Assembly (NCBI GenBank): GCA_937877655.1
Contig: CALFJC010000176.1
Location: forward strand, 4,607 to 68,606
Direction: 5' to 3'
From: an uncultured Selenomonadales bacterium
GTDB lineage: Bacteria; Bacillota; Negativicutes; Selenomonadales; Selenomonadaceae
Length of the DNA stretch: 64,000 nucleotides
In this document: positions 41,701 to 46,127 of the stretch, one piece after another
Layout: the number at the start of each line of letters is the position of its first letter
Position numbering within the stretch: position 1 is the first letter of the stretch
Notes under the pieces: model-generated
Databases searched by the model: none
What the model saw: only the letters and a program-made list of their open reading frames with translations
What the model was told of the DNA's origin: nothing
Position numbers and translations under genes: made by a program

Positions 41701-43328
41701 TAGGATTTACTCACACGGACGGCGGCGTCCTCAACGCGAGCACTTCGGGCGACGATCTGATTCTGAAAGGCAATTACGCCGAAAAATCTTCCGACACCAC
41801 AAAGAGCGGTGCTTCAACTCTTATCGGCGGGCGCGGCGATGATACAATTCTTGCCGGCGAAGGCGATTACATAAGAGCAGGCGCGGGCGACAATCAAATT
41901 TATCTCACGGATGAAAATCTGCGCGGAACGGACGGCGCAATAATCGTTCTCGGCGACAGGGGCAGAAATACCGTCCACAACTTCAACGACGGCTATACAA
42001 CGGGCGATGCGGTTCTTGTAAGCGACATTTCGGCACTGAAATTTACTTACGACTCGGACGAAGGGCTCGTCATGCGGTCGGGCAATGCTTGGATAACCTT
42101 TGACGGCTTGGAGCCCGCCGAAGAATTGGTTACCTTTGAAGACTCCGACACTGCCGCGCCTTACGAACTGAAAATTACCGACGGCAAGAATGAATACAAC
42201 GTTGCTGTTGCGCAGGAAGACAGAGATATCGGCGTTGACGACTTCAGCGAGGCAAATGTTTTCTACGGCAACAAAGACGGCGGCAACGGCTTGAACTTCA
42301 GCGAATACTCCGGCACTGTCGAAGTCAATATGAATCTTGACGCGGGACGTCTGAACGGCGAAGATATTTTCCTTTACAACATAAACAAATTGCAAGCGGG
42401 CAACGGCGATTCAACGCTTATCGGCAAGGCGGGCGAGAAAAATACTCTTCTTGCCGGCGAAGGAAACGGCAGTATGTGGTCGGCGGCGGGCAGAGATCTT
42501 ATGGTCGGCAACACTTCCGACGAAAAAGACGGCTCGACAATGTTCTACTTTATGGCGGGCGACGGACGCGACACAATCGAAGGCTTCAATTACATGTCCG
42601 ACGCGAACGATTACAATGCGGATGTTATCAGCTTGCCCGCAGGAAATATCGTCACGAACGTTCTCATGCAAGGCGATGATATTGTCATGCAGATTAACGC
42701 CAGCACGAGCGATTATCTGCGCTTGCAAGACGCTGTCGGCAACAACTTTAAACTCAATGACCGCGTTGCAAAAGTTGATACTCAAGGCGAGTTTGATAAT
42801 CTGGTTGACTTCTATGTTGTCGCCGAGAGAAATGCCACAATGAATGTCGGAGCAGATGTCGGCAACGCGCAAGTCTGGCTTGACGACAAAGAGACGGGCG
42901 AACACGGCATCATTTACAAAGGCGAAATTAAATATCTCGACGCCTCCAACGCAACGGGCAACAGTACGCTTGTCGGAAATGATTTGGACAATGTCATTTA
43001 CGGCGGCGAAGGTTCCAACAGTATCTGGGGCGGCTTCGGCGCGAACAACGATACACTTATCGGCGGCAACGGACACAATGTATTCTTCTTCGGCTTGGAG
43101 AACGGCAGAGATACAATCACTTCGATTAATTCGGGCGACATTGTTTATCTGGCGAACGGGATTGAACAAATTGCCGCGACCACGATAACTTCCGGCGGCA
43201 CGAAGATTGAATTGACGGACGGTTCCTCGCTTGAAATTATGGGCAATGCTGAAGGCATCGAATATCACTTGCAAGACGGAAGCAAATACACCGCAGATCA
43301 CGGCGCGGGACAATGGAATAAGAAATAA
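20790..43328 (+). CDS. Giant (7,512 aa) repetitive RTX-type secreted/surface protein, probable type I secretion substrate
   Basis: A single open frame of 22.5 kb. GGAAAGGAG lies 8 nt before ATG 20790. It is T/S/N/D/G-rich, acidic and almost free of Cys, with no signal peptide. It has at least 25 recurring modules and C-terminal GGxGxD nonapeptide blocks. Terminators lie upstream (20526) and downstream (43353). Confidence 0.9.
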   Translation: MRNEFSFDLQRFDGVWKIADEIYSTFTDALAVIAGNSTISLTTDSSEKVNGTIPADTVIDLGGNTCTITDGALTLGDNVTFTNGTLNIEGGIFTGNLNFGAGMTVSITGGNFSNDVSAYLAENFSLYQIDETYTVIENAVLNLDLPVSSARETATSYPITIPAGGKSAVIEIGGVSKTIISGATNAITVSTVSGGAVVTLSNPGEDFYVNDDTYRTYKLNTAGSNGIVLTLGSGSAVTVGSLDKNDVFSINDEKFSITALGVFSGYDSVNTADKMILGSLPSTLALTGSTPDNLSSASTTDWYKIVEVDKGVLNITGASDFDTLADSSYYKGVIAVDTDGDTDATRIFYAELSTTAIKGQKYMISSITSASVDSSLEGTLSNIYIASDVLSGGVVFTENFAASSASAPTITTDNATFHVDSSEGYFVLSGGTTIPVSLNSSAKEISLIRGSLTAAVTDQTVTTDKYTISSYTGGTSGDGIELNSDSNGNVTLGDLDVGESFYLTNGSVSSTYTMTKIGLVNNDGELLLRRGTYSGIKESILPVSLITNATEYTPLYASEDIVSITGNYSSNPTLISCANNALASLTYNSSRNIYNLSTDYDTDELDLGNWAGIYLSNSATVSLSKAFIDDEEPLRITTGNSSGTIANFAITSLKSGSATGTTLTGSSTSLQTLSTDAGIAEVRLFGGSFVSSNSTKVNVSLSNSEDIDVTSSYYTVTISSDLNGATMISDPRSNFAVGRASLRSSATLITDSDGTTSIVSGKYFNIYDSAGFSDSDSHAEYSSISGNVTFIYDTTNGGDVYATDLQYNSTTSNNDVFQCIKDGDTITYTMVNRKLQYESKNTGGKKVWINDEGNSNIRSGTHVNLNDDYFRKIISSSGKLTIPSAASDMDDGETVLIVAEDLDLDKSYGTLTKTDETHYNLNQSDSDNYDLSDIVITDSSTVNFSEDFYKTNINLYVSNKKQTSLRSETAGMSFAVSGSDGVAYVTGANEVSLISGTILTDDSSQTIWMGNYSVSANPNDTVSDGLNVVVTTLQGSVGTFQIVNDIDYNESFIVNGIEYNRGALGLTFDETVSGTTVTKFYKGDLILSGSETVTTESQAVGVILDDLFTDSLSGILAAAESGIYTEDPSKYVFAIGGEHSVNALVVDDLDKRSKRHADLQVSSGKYVLTTVDNSESWANLDAISVVSGVTTISSVFTSNADGELVTIMTAGSSQNSLGASFFVTKSKRDIFTLNGQDDRPTIGNATALTLLDGVITATNTQTITIGEGDTTFHSAANMGISFDKENSEASLTAATGNAFTVDGDTYSVVSGNGMDFFVGEDGGVTVEGLTYAGGDVFTYNDSTYYLKSTGFVKKDASNYLYRWDKTDDHSLAGGSVAISDLETSGNWQGIVTITNDTATVVPSRFHSPTTTLMDKNFKNTYGTLEFVTNGIYSLSKDADDSATLSAINITSKNINTLSVDEDFEGLTISYNNSSVKVGDLKADSDDFYQVSISGGIMGLSGVATASLISGSLLADSNVGVSVSVNSTYGTEYIRAGGSAVITLMGGTAAVILDQDDYFSIGTESYTLGKLGLANEDKQLLVNVDSNGKKFVVTTASGQNETIGFATIANQDNWCDLLAPENGVLTISSALELTSSLDHFVIVNDDKTPDYYYGKLTQDTSSGGYSLETMTGADSALWPTSDTILVDSSVVTLSSDFQKRNIAGVRSEAAFVVNDSGNNSFTVADTRNGAIINDATKISQTDGTIIASARTQTITAGSAQISNYNTGDSIKVVVDGDDASIAALNNGDIFLVNGTRHTMATDQKLRTANELFRETISGSVAVSDLVNDDYWYKIISTDTEGALTISSSTTSILSDGDSAYIINGSDIDTIYGSLTRTTLGGYSLSRNDDLSQSSKSTLTSIVLDEFPLSLTSDFKNIPIISGKTTLQATTTDDVFALDYDNYVEVFNADGVSLGGGTLKTSDSNQTIRAGSYRIHGLSFTGSDSAITVIRSGSVVKVGELNVGERFVVGKKTYRATAVGLIEEDSWKICDDDGYDIGSGVFTVDSNFERDIIGVEEKELNLSSQAGAAVIVDDINAPTARIADLDYDSTSGFTVTRNYDDSLTSIALGTNTIGLTTKFNTTVRTTQSGNNPTFTVNKDRYKSANAALTIQSGSSDNNSSLISGAVVLDTDTSAVKTSDGVISSVSGGELIFTAAAGSVATLSGLNNGDKFAVNGASYSVTGAGLLTETQIWTPSTYESVLLDENTTNGLLNTEDNWDYIVAVSNGALAIPPTGYPQNVEEWIILSEDLNSRCGTLKGSDAAGYTLAASSWDTINAISINKGGISVAFPSKSFRNVTIEGADSGATFRITDNKSFTVTDGINGASITNATRISQSSGTIALTDTNQTITTSAKHSINAGNEGDGITVIIDSEGEKVGALSIKDTQDTFTIDNTVYEMLPNGSIHRPTVSKFWTKSILEDDSSILIDDLQNESYWGGYITISGGVLKITRDVLGSWSSAFVVDENVSTKIYGTLSKSSTGYTLNGATAILSLSSIEVLTEAQPVSLTSDYVDVSIKAGSTYFKATEAASGFKINYTSSELTADDATAITLLEGDWTLKDANQVLTADGQVIQVGGTSSTISVNYDGANIVNVTGIDAAGEIVSISGKKYELTAGDGISVNINDSIQTVNDISEDDDFSIANDRFIKKEPGFIKSNSKNYLWTADGDVTAGISVAELSDNDENWSAVATVASDEIVIDKNSSTAILIDSVTDLSKIYGSLTVENDTYTLTNDKNNGADPALISINNVVASLTSDFAKVPINAAGASFAVTALTSGNKFSVDATDTFAVVGNASKVSLTSGTLADLTKATTVTVDSQSVAAGKNSTINVGFDGSEITFSELDNGESFSFDKNTYTYKNVGVVKGGRTLFVNDTLDGSVTDTILEDSTNFKTMFSSDGATLTLQSKASGVFVDSASTAVSAVYAIQDYDSANKIYSFAQIADADFTIDAATLTSGGSISAPFEAKVLTPSTGTFNVNGRDYIAAADLTIDTTEDSSTLNKGTVSLKSGGFVDMTNVDNDVSVVSGDGLKVSVENGSYTLGGLNKNDVFAIGGYSYTMKSNNFIVREDAGGNEEIYISSVVGGALAQEIIDEPDYWNAYVTLDSSNNLNLNSTITGGIVISKDFLEMFADLTVNSTNNFNVNALDGADTSGIKAINLTEENSTLTTDFAATVKTASGSNTYTINDNPYTAKNSALEISATKDSSTITKGIITLNDSTVMTTSNHTISGSVDEINVASMKFTPSINEVFSVDGQSYTMTAVGLTKGGASIWTKESDTSYILPDDDAWSNMASLSSEGVLNLRNGAAEGSTVIINSDGTKRMASLIRSDNTYTLNAVGGNSIAAIQLGDSTTDTLTLTADFDSDVKTGNGVYKVNGLTYKGNGLTIKSENNSSALYGGTVNLSADEDYNSVIDYTNGYNVTATGGDGINVAASEGTITNLTNLNSGDTFIIDNVYYKVLANQTFVQTETDGTPSKLYENLISGSSLKYSDIVNEDNFVNLIGLEDGVLDLTQLYGEDGWSAVIVADKTNPINRVAKVSYSDAEGYKLETTYNGDDTKITSIKLGSAVTSFSTTLDKNVNTTATVTYTINDKLFTAQDDLTIVTADGGAILTNGTVSIPEGENYSVTTRRINSGTQTNETIQSTSGTVTVNVDNTSGTVTIGGLNANETFTVDGTEYTVTNIGLLNEDKDSLNASVADTWTVATTDLSGSNWRTILSVTNGALDLTSNTPLNVSVVDISSYTNAFKYGFLTYSGGTYTLTQDENESALSSITITGTNATFGAKASGVPITSNGATFSVTATDNFTINAASTSNPPAVSDTTSVTGIYLSAGTISAPADIPITANGKSVTATSGDMTVTNSSGTITVEGLNSGETFTVDGVNYKVTTAEKLFDITDEDEPQEVITGFADGIFTIDNAEFMRIITLNGSELDLKEQTSDAYVYDNLTDPTVKYAALTVTGGKTKTLTGETDTTTIQTINIAENDNLTVDFDTRVHSEIGNVIVNTKSYSGTTELVIDTDGTTTNSTLYNGTINLNTTYSSATDFRNNTLERTSGKAFTATATNGRFTEINNLDNEAAFTYGGKTYTQSIPGLIIADEKVICTDILANETIALADLTSETWIDFRAPVSGVLDISALDDTYIIYDDENNPTKQLATFTVASDGKKTLADHENNAASEIEAVEIAAGDVLAVDFVTKINSPIGEVTVNDKTYSGTTALVIDSATDSEGEYTSTLYNGTITLDRINSSATDSKENTLTREGGASSDADGTFTATAENGRFTIIEGLDPTESFTYRNVTYVQSEQGLRNGAFIRKDLAGTTINLSDLSGAWSNILAPVKGVLDISEVTEDALVYDSATNPTTQLATFTVDSGKKTLEDYEGNSSAITKVELAAGDDLTIDFATKISSPIGTVAVNGNSYVGTTALEIDSVINSDDTKDSTLTNGTVSLAEEDDFVKTTGGSTITYTTAGDGMTVKVDNSDETEAITFDGLTLGDTFSVGEISYRISEIGPVNSEGKLWHGNSYTEGITLAAIETESNWTSMLAATNGALSISENTLEDGGEFIVVDNLNDPTKIYGDLTKSGDTYKLTRPTNANDNLSSINASGIEIELANNFAGVNLVANISEISDTTLINANRSFTLDATDTTPSLSNISSLTLNAGTIYAAVNQTVTAGNNVITPSTINGDMIIGLDTISGIVEGDIFTLGEDTYKMTPIGLVNDTDSSKTLVTNGIENGTLTVADIEETPLIAVSSAGMLNLSNAVAGDSIVVDSLTSPENIYGALNKAENIYTLYEDGTADGIKFIAMPDADSTLTTDIAAEVDTNSGSNTYIVNSKKYIAADSSLAIDTDGTTTNSTLTDGKISLAEENDSVETTGGTSITYTADGDGMTVAVDGTGETEEITFDGLTFGDTFTIGEISYKVSAVGPINSDGKLWNGNVYTEGITLAAINTESNWTPMLVATNGALTVNANTLVDGDEYVLVDSTTDPTKVYGDLAKEDGKYTLTKPSSATDDLSSISVSGISIEIAPDYAGIPLLANDSNFSDITLSDEEETFTLDATNTTPSLSNVSSLTLNAGTIYAAENQTVTVGENVILPTAINSEESESETYGKMTIGMSTISGIDEGESFTVNGTIYKMLNTGLFNDTDNKLVTEGFDAGEFTFGDFGEIQLIEVSSSGALNLSNVFVGDSIVVDKVESPANIYGSLNRNGNAYTLEKEGDSDGIKFIAMPDADSTLTTDISATVNTPSSSNTYTVNGKEYSAANSALVINSEGTTSTLTDGKISLAEENDTVTTTGGNVITYTTDSDGMTVAVDGTGETEAITFDGLTLGDTFKVGENSYKVSAVGPINSDGELWNGNAYTEGITLAAIDTESNWTPMFVATNGALTVNAETLADGEEFIVVDNLNDPTKIYGDLTKTDGKYTLTRPTNATDDLSSISVSNIEIELANDFAGVDLVANASEISDTVLTNENKSFTLNATNTTPSLSNVSSLTLNAGTIYAAENQTVTVGETTILPTSINAEDSEAEEYGKMTIGLDKISGIDEGESFTVDETIYKMLNTGLFNDTDNKLVTEGFDAGEFTFGDFGEIQLIEVNSAGMLNLSNTLAGNSLVVDKVESPANIYGKLNRNGNVYTLDKEGDSDGIKSVTMPNSTSTLTTDISATVNTPSSSNTYTVNGKDYSAADSALVINSDGTTSTLTNGKISLAEENDSVTTTSGSIITYKTVDGDGMTVQARTSGNVTLGGLTSGDAFKVGDDSYRVTDLGFHNGNDYLWTSNSNFKNGVSISDTGTDGLNNSDNWTRTVVAEDGALSVKANTLGDGESAIIINSSANATATLGTLTKTSDGYTLTTDSDDEKLSSISVAGTKLTIAETLADVPVSALKATFTVTAEDPFTVDATGDNVSISEDATAIEISKGTITATTAQTVTATEDSGSTKVIVQDNGTFNIGGEEFLVADNQDDLTFGMTNGVPDSVDKLEKDAKVTIDGITYTAPEDGSTLKFAEEDGWYFDGYIPSGNKYNLTVDGNGNITVDAGVKFTDVVASGKTLPSDGVIKLAADINNVAVNVTNNGSTPIAINDKDNNPLVENLGRVKNVTFDEAGVMVEKTSDVAGALFTIDVGKSLETETATVTSNANDCEVGIGSNGTSFSIEKSATVDAPVNTALTLGKANYTVNGVEFSASGTAQASITSAGVKVDLVLSDVITYEQTDFDGTGTATADIDKEGGVSLTSGASVAGAAGKALNISGTITLEANTIEAATATDVTAKAAGIAVANDDVTVTGDDNGYKVNIAEGKITGLEKIGGSDGVTLGGLSNGTIKTDKVGAFTVADRTFTAIGDASVTYGIEDGKISYVNDVDSILSGDFSDGLEVNGGEIKITGENVSLRADSDTDREILGMKNNSTLTTAEGVTKVEPIGAGKFTFGDHTFETDDSTISFNLLNSSVRGIDSLESGNLIISQDENNLAVNDENISLEDINSPVTLGISDSDISSIYGLNGGIAGLDNATVFGLSTATVNGKFFDIEGDVVNAIIVDGDVPSLYGLDSGATVKSAPNINARTTANGTFIFRDDKYNINDTLDGVVVFSTNINSYVTNIGEFEGSISGNLEEIKLNDKDFNSSSDKVTVANDGTDVIAIHGLSNGDTISGSLSYATYLMPEGTLTVNEQVFILRGDDNGVSISGDGQIILGLDKDASLTVAKGGDFSVNSNTFDDAPDGTTFIAGRDGVYIYDPNNKPIHEITPTDDIIKNLIGEAEPGTISLSGDSAASVIASGELDSPMALTLDNATGASVQVADFSNSKYAKRVTLLGGDQDIKFNDEGKNAAHVAPDATGRKNIELGDGGDVAVNDSPYAKVSIKTGKGADTIVNRKGASSTVDVKENGDTTIVPTSGRVTLQNYDEKNNAKIRSFEYVDMIGAIKSNEIKFGDGLMTLGDAVVVFDPEAKEKGGTFANLVDYAGEEHRVGFTHTDGGVLNASTSGDDLILKGNYAEKSSDTTKSGASTLIGGRGDDTILAGEGDYIRAGAGDNQIYLTDENLRGTDGAIIVLGDRGRNTVHNFNDGYTTGDAVLVSDISALKFTYDSDEGLVMRSGNAWITFDGLEPAEELVTFEDSDTAAPYELKITDGKNEYNVAVAQEDRDIGVDDFSEANVFYGNKDGGNGLNFSEYSGTVEVNMNLDAGRLNGEDIFLYNINKLQAGNGDSTLIGKAGEKNTLLAGEGNGSMWSAAGRDLMVGNTSDEKDGSTMFYFMAGDGRDTIEGFNYMSDANDYNADVISLPAGNIVTNVLMQGDDIVMQINASTSDYLRLQDAVGNNFKLNDRVAKVDTQGEFDNLVDFYVVAERNATMNVGADVGNAQVWLDDKETGEHGIIYKGEIKYLDASNATGNSTLVGNDLDNVIYGGEGSNSIWGGFGANNDTLIGGNGHNVFFFGLENGRDTITSINSGDIVYLANGIEQIAATTITSGGTKIELTDGSSLEIMGNAEGIEYHLQDGSKYTADHGAGQWNKK
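32700..34175 (+). repeat. Intragenic tandem repeat, about 2.4 units of 600-621 nt (200-207 aa)
   Basis: Unit landmarks are YVYDNLTDPTVKYAALTV (32700), IIYDDENNPTKQLATFTV (33300) and LVYDSATNPTTQLATFTV (33921). Confidence 0.8.
34176..37922 (+). repeat. Intragenic tandem repeat, three units of 1239, 1254 and 1254 nt (413-418 aa), highly similar
   Basis: Units start at the in-frame STLT(N/D)G(T/K)(V/I)SLAEE(D/N)D codons at 34176, 35415 and 36669. A diverged fourth unit starts at 37923. There are long identical DNA runs between units 2 and 3, for example 36303-36365 versus 37557-37620. Confidence 0.9.
41820..43118 (+). repeat. C-terminal RTX-like Ca2+-binding nonapeptide blocks within the giant ORF
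   Basis: LIGGRGDDTILAGEGDYIRAGAGDNQIYL (41820-41906), LIGKAGEKNTLLAGEGNGSMW (about 42413-42512) and LVGNDLDNVIYGGEGSNSIWGGFGANNDTLIGGNGHNVFFFG (42969-43118). Confidence 0.75.
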
Positions 43329-43352
43329 AATTTAAAGCACCAAAAATTTTTA

Positions 43353-43385
43353 AGAGCCTCGACTTTTGTCGAGACTCTTTTTTTA
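43353..43385 (+). terminator. Intrinsic terminator after the giant gene
   Basis: AGAGCCTCGAC tttt GTCGAGACTCT followed by T7. Confidence 0.8.
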
Positions 43386-43394
43386 TTTCAAAAT

Positions 43395-43426
43395 TCATTC
43401 CTAATTCCTCATTCCTAATTCCTAAT
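43395..43426. repeat. Heptad array, single arm (CATTCCT AATTCCT CATTCCT AATTCCT AATT)
   Basis: Direct reading. Its last unit runs into the -35 box of the valS promoter. Confidence 0.8.
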
Positions 43427-43454
43427 TGACTTTAAGGCGGCGGCAGTTTATTAT
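43426..43454 (+). promoter_or_regulatory. Sigma-70-type promoter for valS-folC
   Basis: TTGACT (43426-43431), 17-nt spacer, TATTAT (43449-43454). Confidence 0.6.
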
Positions 43455-43487
43455 TGAAAACACTTTCACAAACAGGAGGAACAAATT

Positions 43488-46127
43488 TTGAGCAACATTC
43501 CTAAAACATACGAGCCGCAAAATTTTGAGAAAGAAATTTACGCGACTTGGGAACGAGATAAAAATTTTCATACAACAGCCGACGCGAAAGGCGAGCCTTA
43601 TTGTATCGTGATACCGCCGCCGAACGTCACGGGGCAACTTCACATGGGGCACGCGCTGGACGAAACTTTGCAAGATATTTTGATTCGCTATCACCGTATG
43701 AAAGGCAACAATACTCTTTGGATGCCCGGCACGGATCATGCGGGCATTGCCACTCAAGCAAAAGTTGAAGAACAACTGCGCGGCGAAGGCACAAACCGTT
43801 ACGAACTCGGCAGAAAAAAATTTTTGGAGCGCGTCTGGCAGTGGAAAGAAAAATTCGGCAACAGAATTTCTTATCAGCTTCGGACGCTCGGCTCCAGTTG
43901 CGATTGGGAGCGCGAACGTTTCACTATGGACGAAGGATGCTCCGCCGCCGTCCGAAAAGTTTTTGTCACGCTTTACAACGAAGGTTTGATTTATCGCGGC
44001 ACGAGAATTACTAATTGGTGTCCGAAATGCAACACTGCCCTTTCCGACATTGAAGTTGAGCACGAAACCGAGCAGGGGCATCTTTGGCATATTCGATACC
44101 CTTTCAAAGACGGCAGCGGTTATGTCGAAGTTGCAACGACGCGTCCCGAAACAATGTTGGGCGATACGGGCGTTGCAGTTCATCCCGATGACGAACGCTA
44201 TAAAAATCTTGTCGGCAAAACTTTAATCTTGCCGCTTGTCAACCGCGAAATTCCTTTGTTCGCAGATTCTTATGTAGATAAAAATTTCGGGACGGGCGCG
44301 GTTAAAGTTACTCCTGCGCACGATCCAAACGATTTTGAAATGGGACTTCGTCACAATTTGGAGCAGGTAAAAGTTATCGAAAACAACGGCACAATGTCCG
44401 AAGGGCTCGGCAAATACAGCGGGCTTGATCGTTACAAGTGCAGAGAAATTATCGTTGAAGATTTGCAGACGGGCGGCTTTTTGGTTAAGGTTGAAAATCA
44501 TGAACACGCCGTCGGACATTGTCACCGTTGCCACACGACGATTGAGCCGCTTATCAGCAAGCAATGGTTTGTTAAAATGGAGACGCTTGCCGCGCCCGCG
44601 ATTGAGGCGGTTAAGTCGGGCGAATTGAAATTTGTTCCCGAACGTTTTACAAAAATTTATATCAACTGGCTTGAAAATATTCGCGATTGGTGTATAAGTC
44701 GCCAGCTGTGGTGGGGACATCAAATTCCCGCGTGGTATTGCGAAGATTGCGGAGAAATGATTGTTTCGGAAGAAGACGTTCAGGAATGTCCGCATTGTCA
44801 CGGAAAAAATTTGCGGCGTGATGAAGACGTTTTGGATACTTGGTTTTCAAGTGCGCTGTGGCCTTTCTCGACGCTCGGTTATCCCGAAGAGACGCCCGAA
44901 CTCAAAAAATTTTATCCGACAAGCGTCCTCGTCACGGGCTACGATATAATTTTCTTTTGGGTTGCCCGCATGGTTATGATGGGCTTGAAATTTCGCGGCG
45001 AAGTTCCTTTCCGCCACGTTTTTATTCACGGTTTGGTTCGCGATGAATTCGGGCGCAAAATGTCCAAGTCGCTCAATAACGGCGTTGATCCGGTTGAAGT
45101 TATCGAAAAATACGGCGCGGACTCCTTGCGATTTATGCTCGTCACAGGCAACACGCCCGGCAACGATTTAAGATTTTATTGGTCGAAGGTTGAATCTGCG
45201 CGGAACTTTGCAAACAAAATTTGGAACGCATCAAGATTTTTGCTCATGAACTTGGAAGGCTTCGACAAAAACTTTAAGCCGACAAATTTTGAACTCGCCG
45301 ATAAATGGATATTTAGTCGCCTTGAAAAAACCCGCGCAGATGTCACGAAAAATCTCGACCGATTTGAGTTGGGCGAGGCGGCGCGGCTTCTCTACGAGTT
45401 CATTTGGTTTGAATACTGCGATTATTACATTGAACTGACAAAATCGCGGCTTTACGGCTCCGACGCGCAGGCGAAGGCAACTGCATTGTTTGTTTTGACG
45501 ACGGTTTTGGAAAAGGCATTGAGATTGTTGCATCCTTTCATGCCGTTCTTAACCGAAGTTATTCGACAAAAACTCCCGAACGCCGAAGGCTCGATTATGC
45601 TCGCCGATTGGGTCACGGAAAACGAAATGCGCGAATTTGTTCCCGAAGATACAGACGACATTAAAAAATTCGCCAATCAGATTCTGGAAATTGTAAAAAC
45701 CATTCGCAACTTGAAATCGGAAATCGGAATTGACTCGCGCAAAAAAACTAAGATTATCCTCCGCACAGCGGCTGATAAAAAGATTTTGCGGGAACATGCG
45801 AATTATATTTCTGAACTTGCTTTTGCCGAGCCGATAATTTTTTCCGACGAAAAACCTTCCCATGCAATGAGCGGCGTAATTGAGGGCGTCGAAATTTTCC
45901 TGCCGCTTGAAGGTTTAATCGATACCGAAAAAGAAATTGCCCGCTTGACAAAGGAACTTGAAAAAATTCGCAAGGGCGCGGCGGCAACGGAAGGCAAACT
46001 CAACAACGAAAGATTTTTAAGCAAAGCCCCCGCCGAAGTTGTACAATCGGAGCGCGAAAAACTCGCCGCCTTCAACGAAAAAATTTCTTCACTCGAACAG
46101 AGGATTAATCAGCTTGAAAATTTATGA
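43488..46127 (+). CDS. valS: Valine--tRNA ligase
   Basis: HIGH-type motif (PNVTGQLHMGHAL), KMSKS and a C-terminal coiled coil. AGGAGG lies 9 nt before TTG 43488. Confidence 0.95.
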   Translation: MSNIPKTYEPQNFEKEIYATWERDKNFHTTADAKGEPYCIVIPPPNVTGQLHMGHALDETLQDILIRYHRMKGNNTLWMPGTDHAGIATQAKVEEQLRGEGTNRYELGRKKFLERVWQWKEKFGNRISYQLRTLGSSCDWERERFTMDEGCSAAVRKVFVTLYNEGLIYRGTRITNWCPKCNTALSDIEVEHETEQGHLWHIRYPFKDGSGYVEVATTRPETMLGDTGVAVHPDDERYKNLVGKTLILPLVNREIPLFADSYVDKNFGTGAVKVTPAHDPNDFEMGLRHNLEQVKVIENNGTMSEGLGKYSGLDRYKCREIIVEDLQTGGFLVKVENHEHAVGHCHRCHTTIEPLISKQWFVKMETLAAPAIEAVKSGELKFVPERFTKIYINWLENIRDWCISRQLWWGHQIPAWYCEDCGEMIVSEEDVQECPHCHGKNLRRDEDVLDTWFSSALWPFSTLGYPEETPELKKFYPTSVLVTGYDIIFFWVARMVMMGLKFRGEVPFRHVFIHGLVRDEFGRKMSKSLNNGVDPVEVIEKYGADSLRFMLVTGNTPGNDLRFYWSKVESARNFANKIWNASRFLLMNLEGFDKNFKPTNFELADKWIFSRLEKTRADVTKNLDRFELGEAARLLYEFIWFEYCDYYIELTKSRLYGSDAQAKATALFVLTTVLEKALRLLHPFMPFLTEVIRQKLPNAEGSIMLADWVTENEMREFVPEDTDDIKKFANQILEIVKTIRNLKSEIGIDSRKKTKIILRTAADKKILREHANYISELAFAEPIIFSDEKPSHAMSGVIEGVEIFLPLEGLIDTEKEIARLTKELEKIRKGAAATEGKLNNERFLSKAPAEVVQSEREKLAAFNEKISSLEQRINQLENL

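Noticed and set aside
20834-43313. Dozens of 60-300-aa ORFs in other frames and on the minus strand inside the giant gene, for example 42411-43313 (-), 32685-33329 (-) and 41814-42395 (-).
   Set aside because: All are fully nested in a 22.5-kb frame with clear coding periodicity. They lack SD sequences and translate to low-complexity Arg/Ile/Val/Phe-rich strings typical of antisense readings of a repetitive gene.
43454-43471. A Rex-operator-like sequence TTGAAAACACTTTCACAA overlapping the valS -10/+1 region (consensus TTGTGAAnnnnTTCACAA).
   Set aside because: There are two mismatches in the left half-site. The A/T-rich genome makes such near matches likely, and valS is not a plausible Rex target. 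I cannot score it without a PWM and a genome-wide background.
43329-43487. The T-box riboswitch expected upstream of valS.
   Set aside because: The region is only 159 nt and is occupied by a terminator, a heptad array and a promoter. I could not find an AGAGA, specifier or T-box (UGGNACCGCG-like) sequence.
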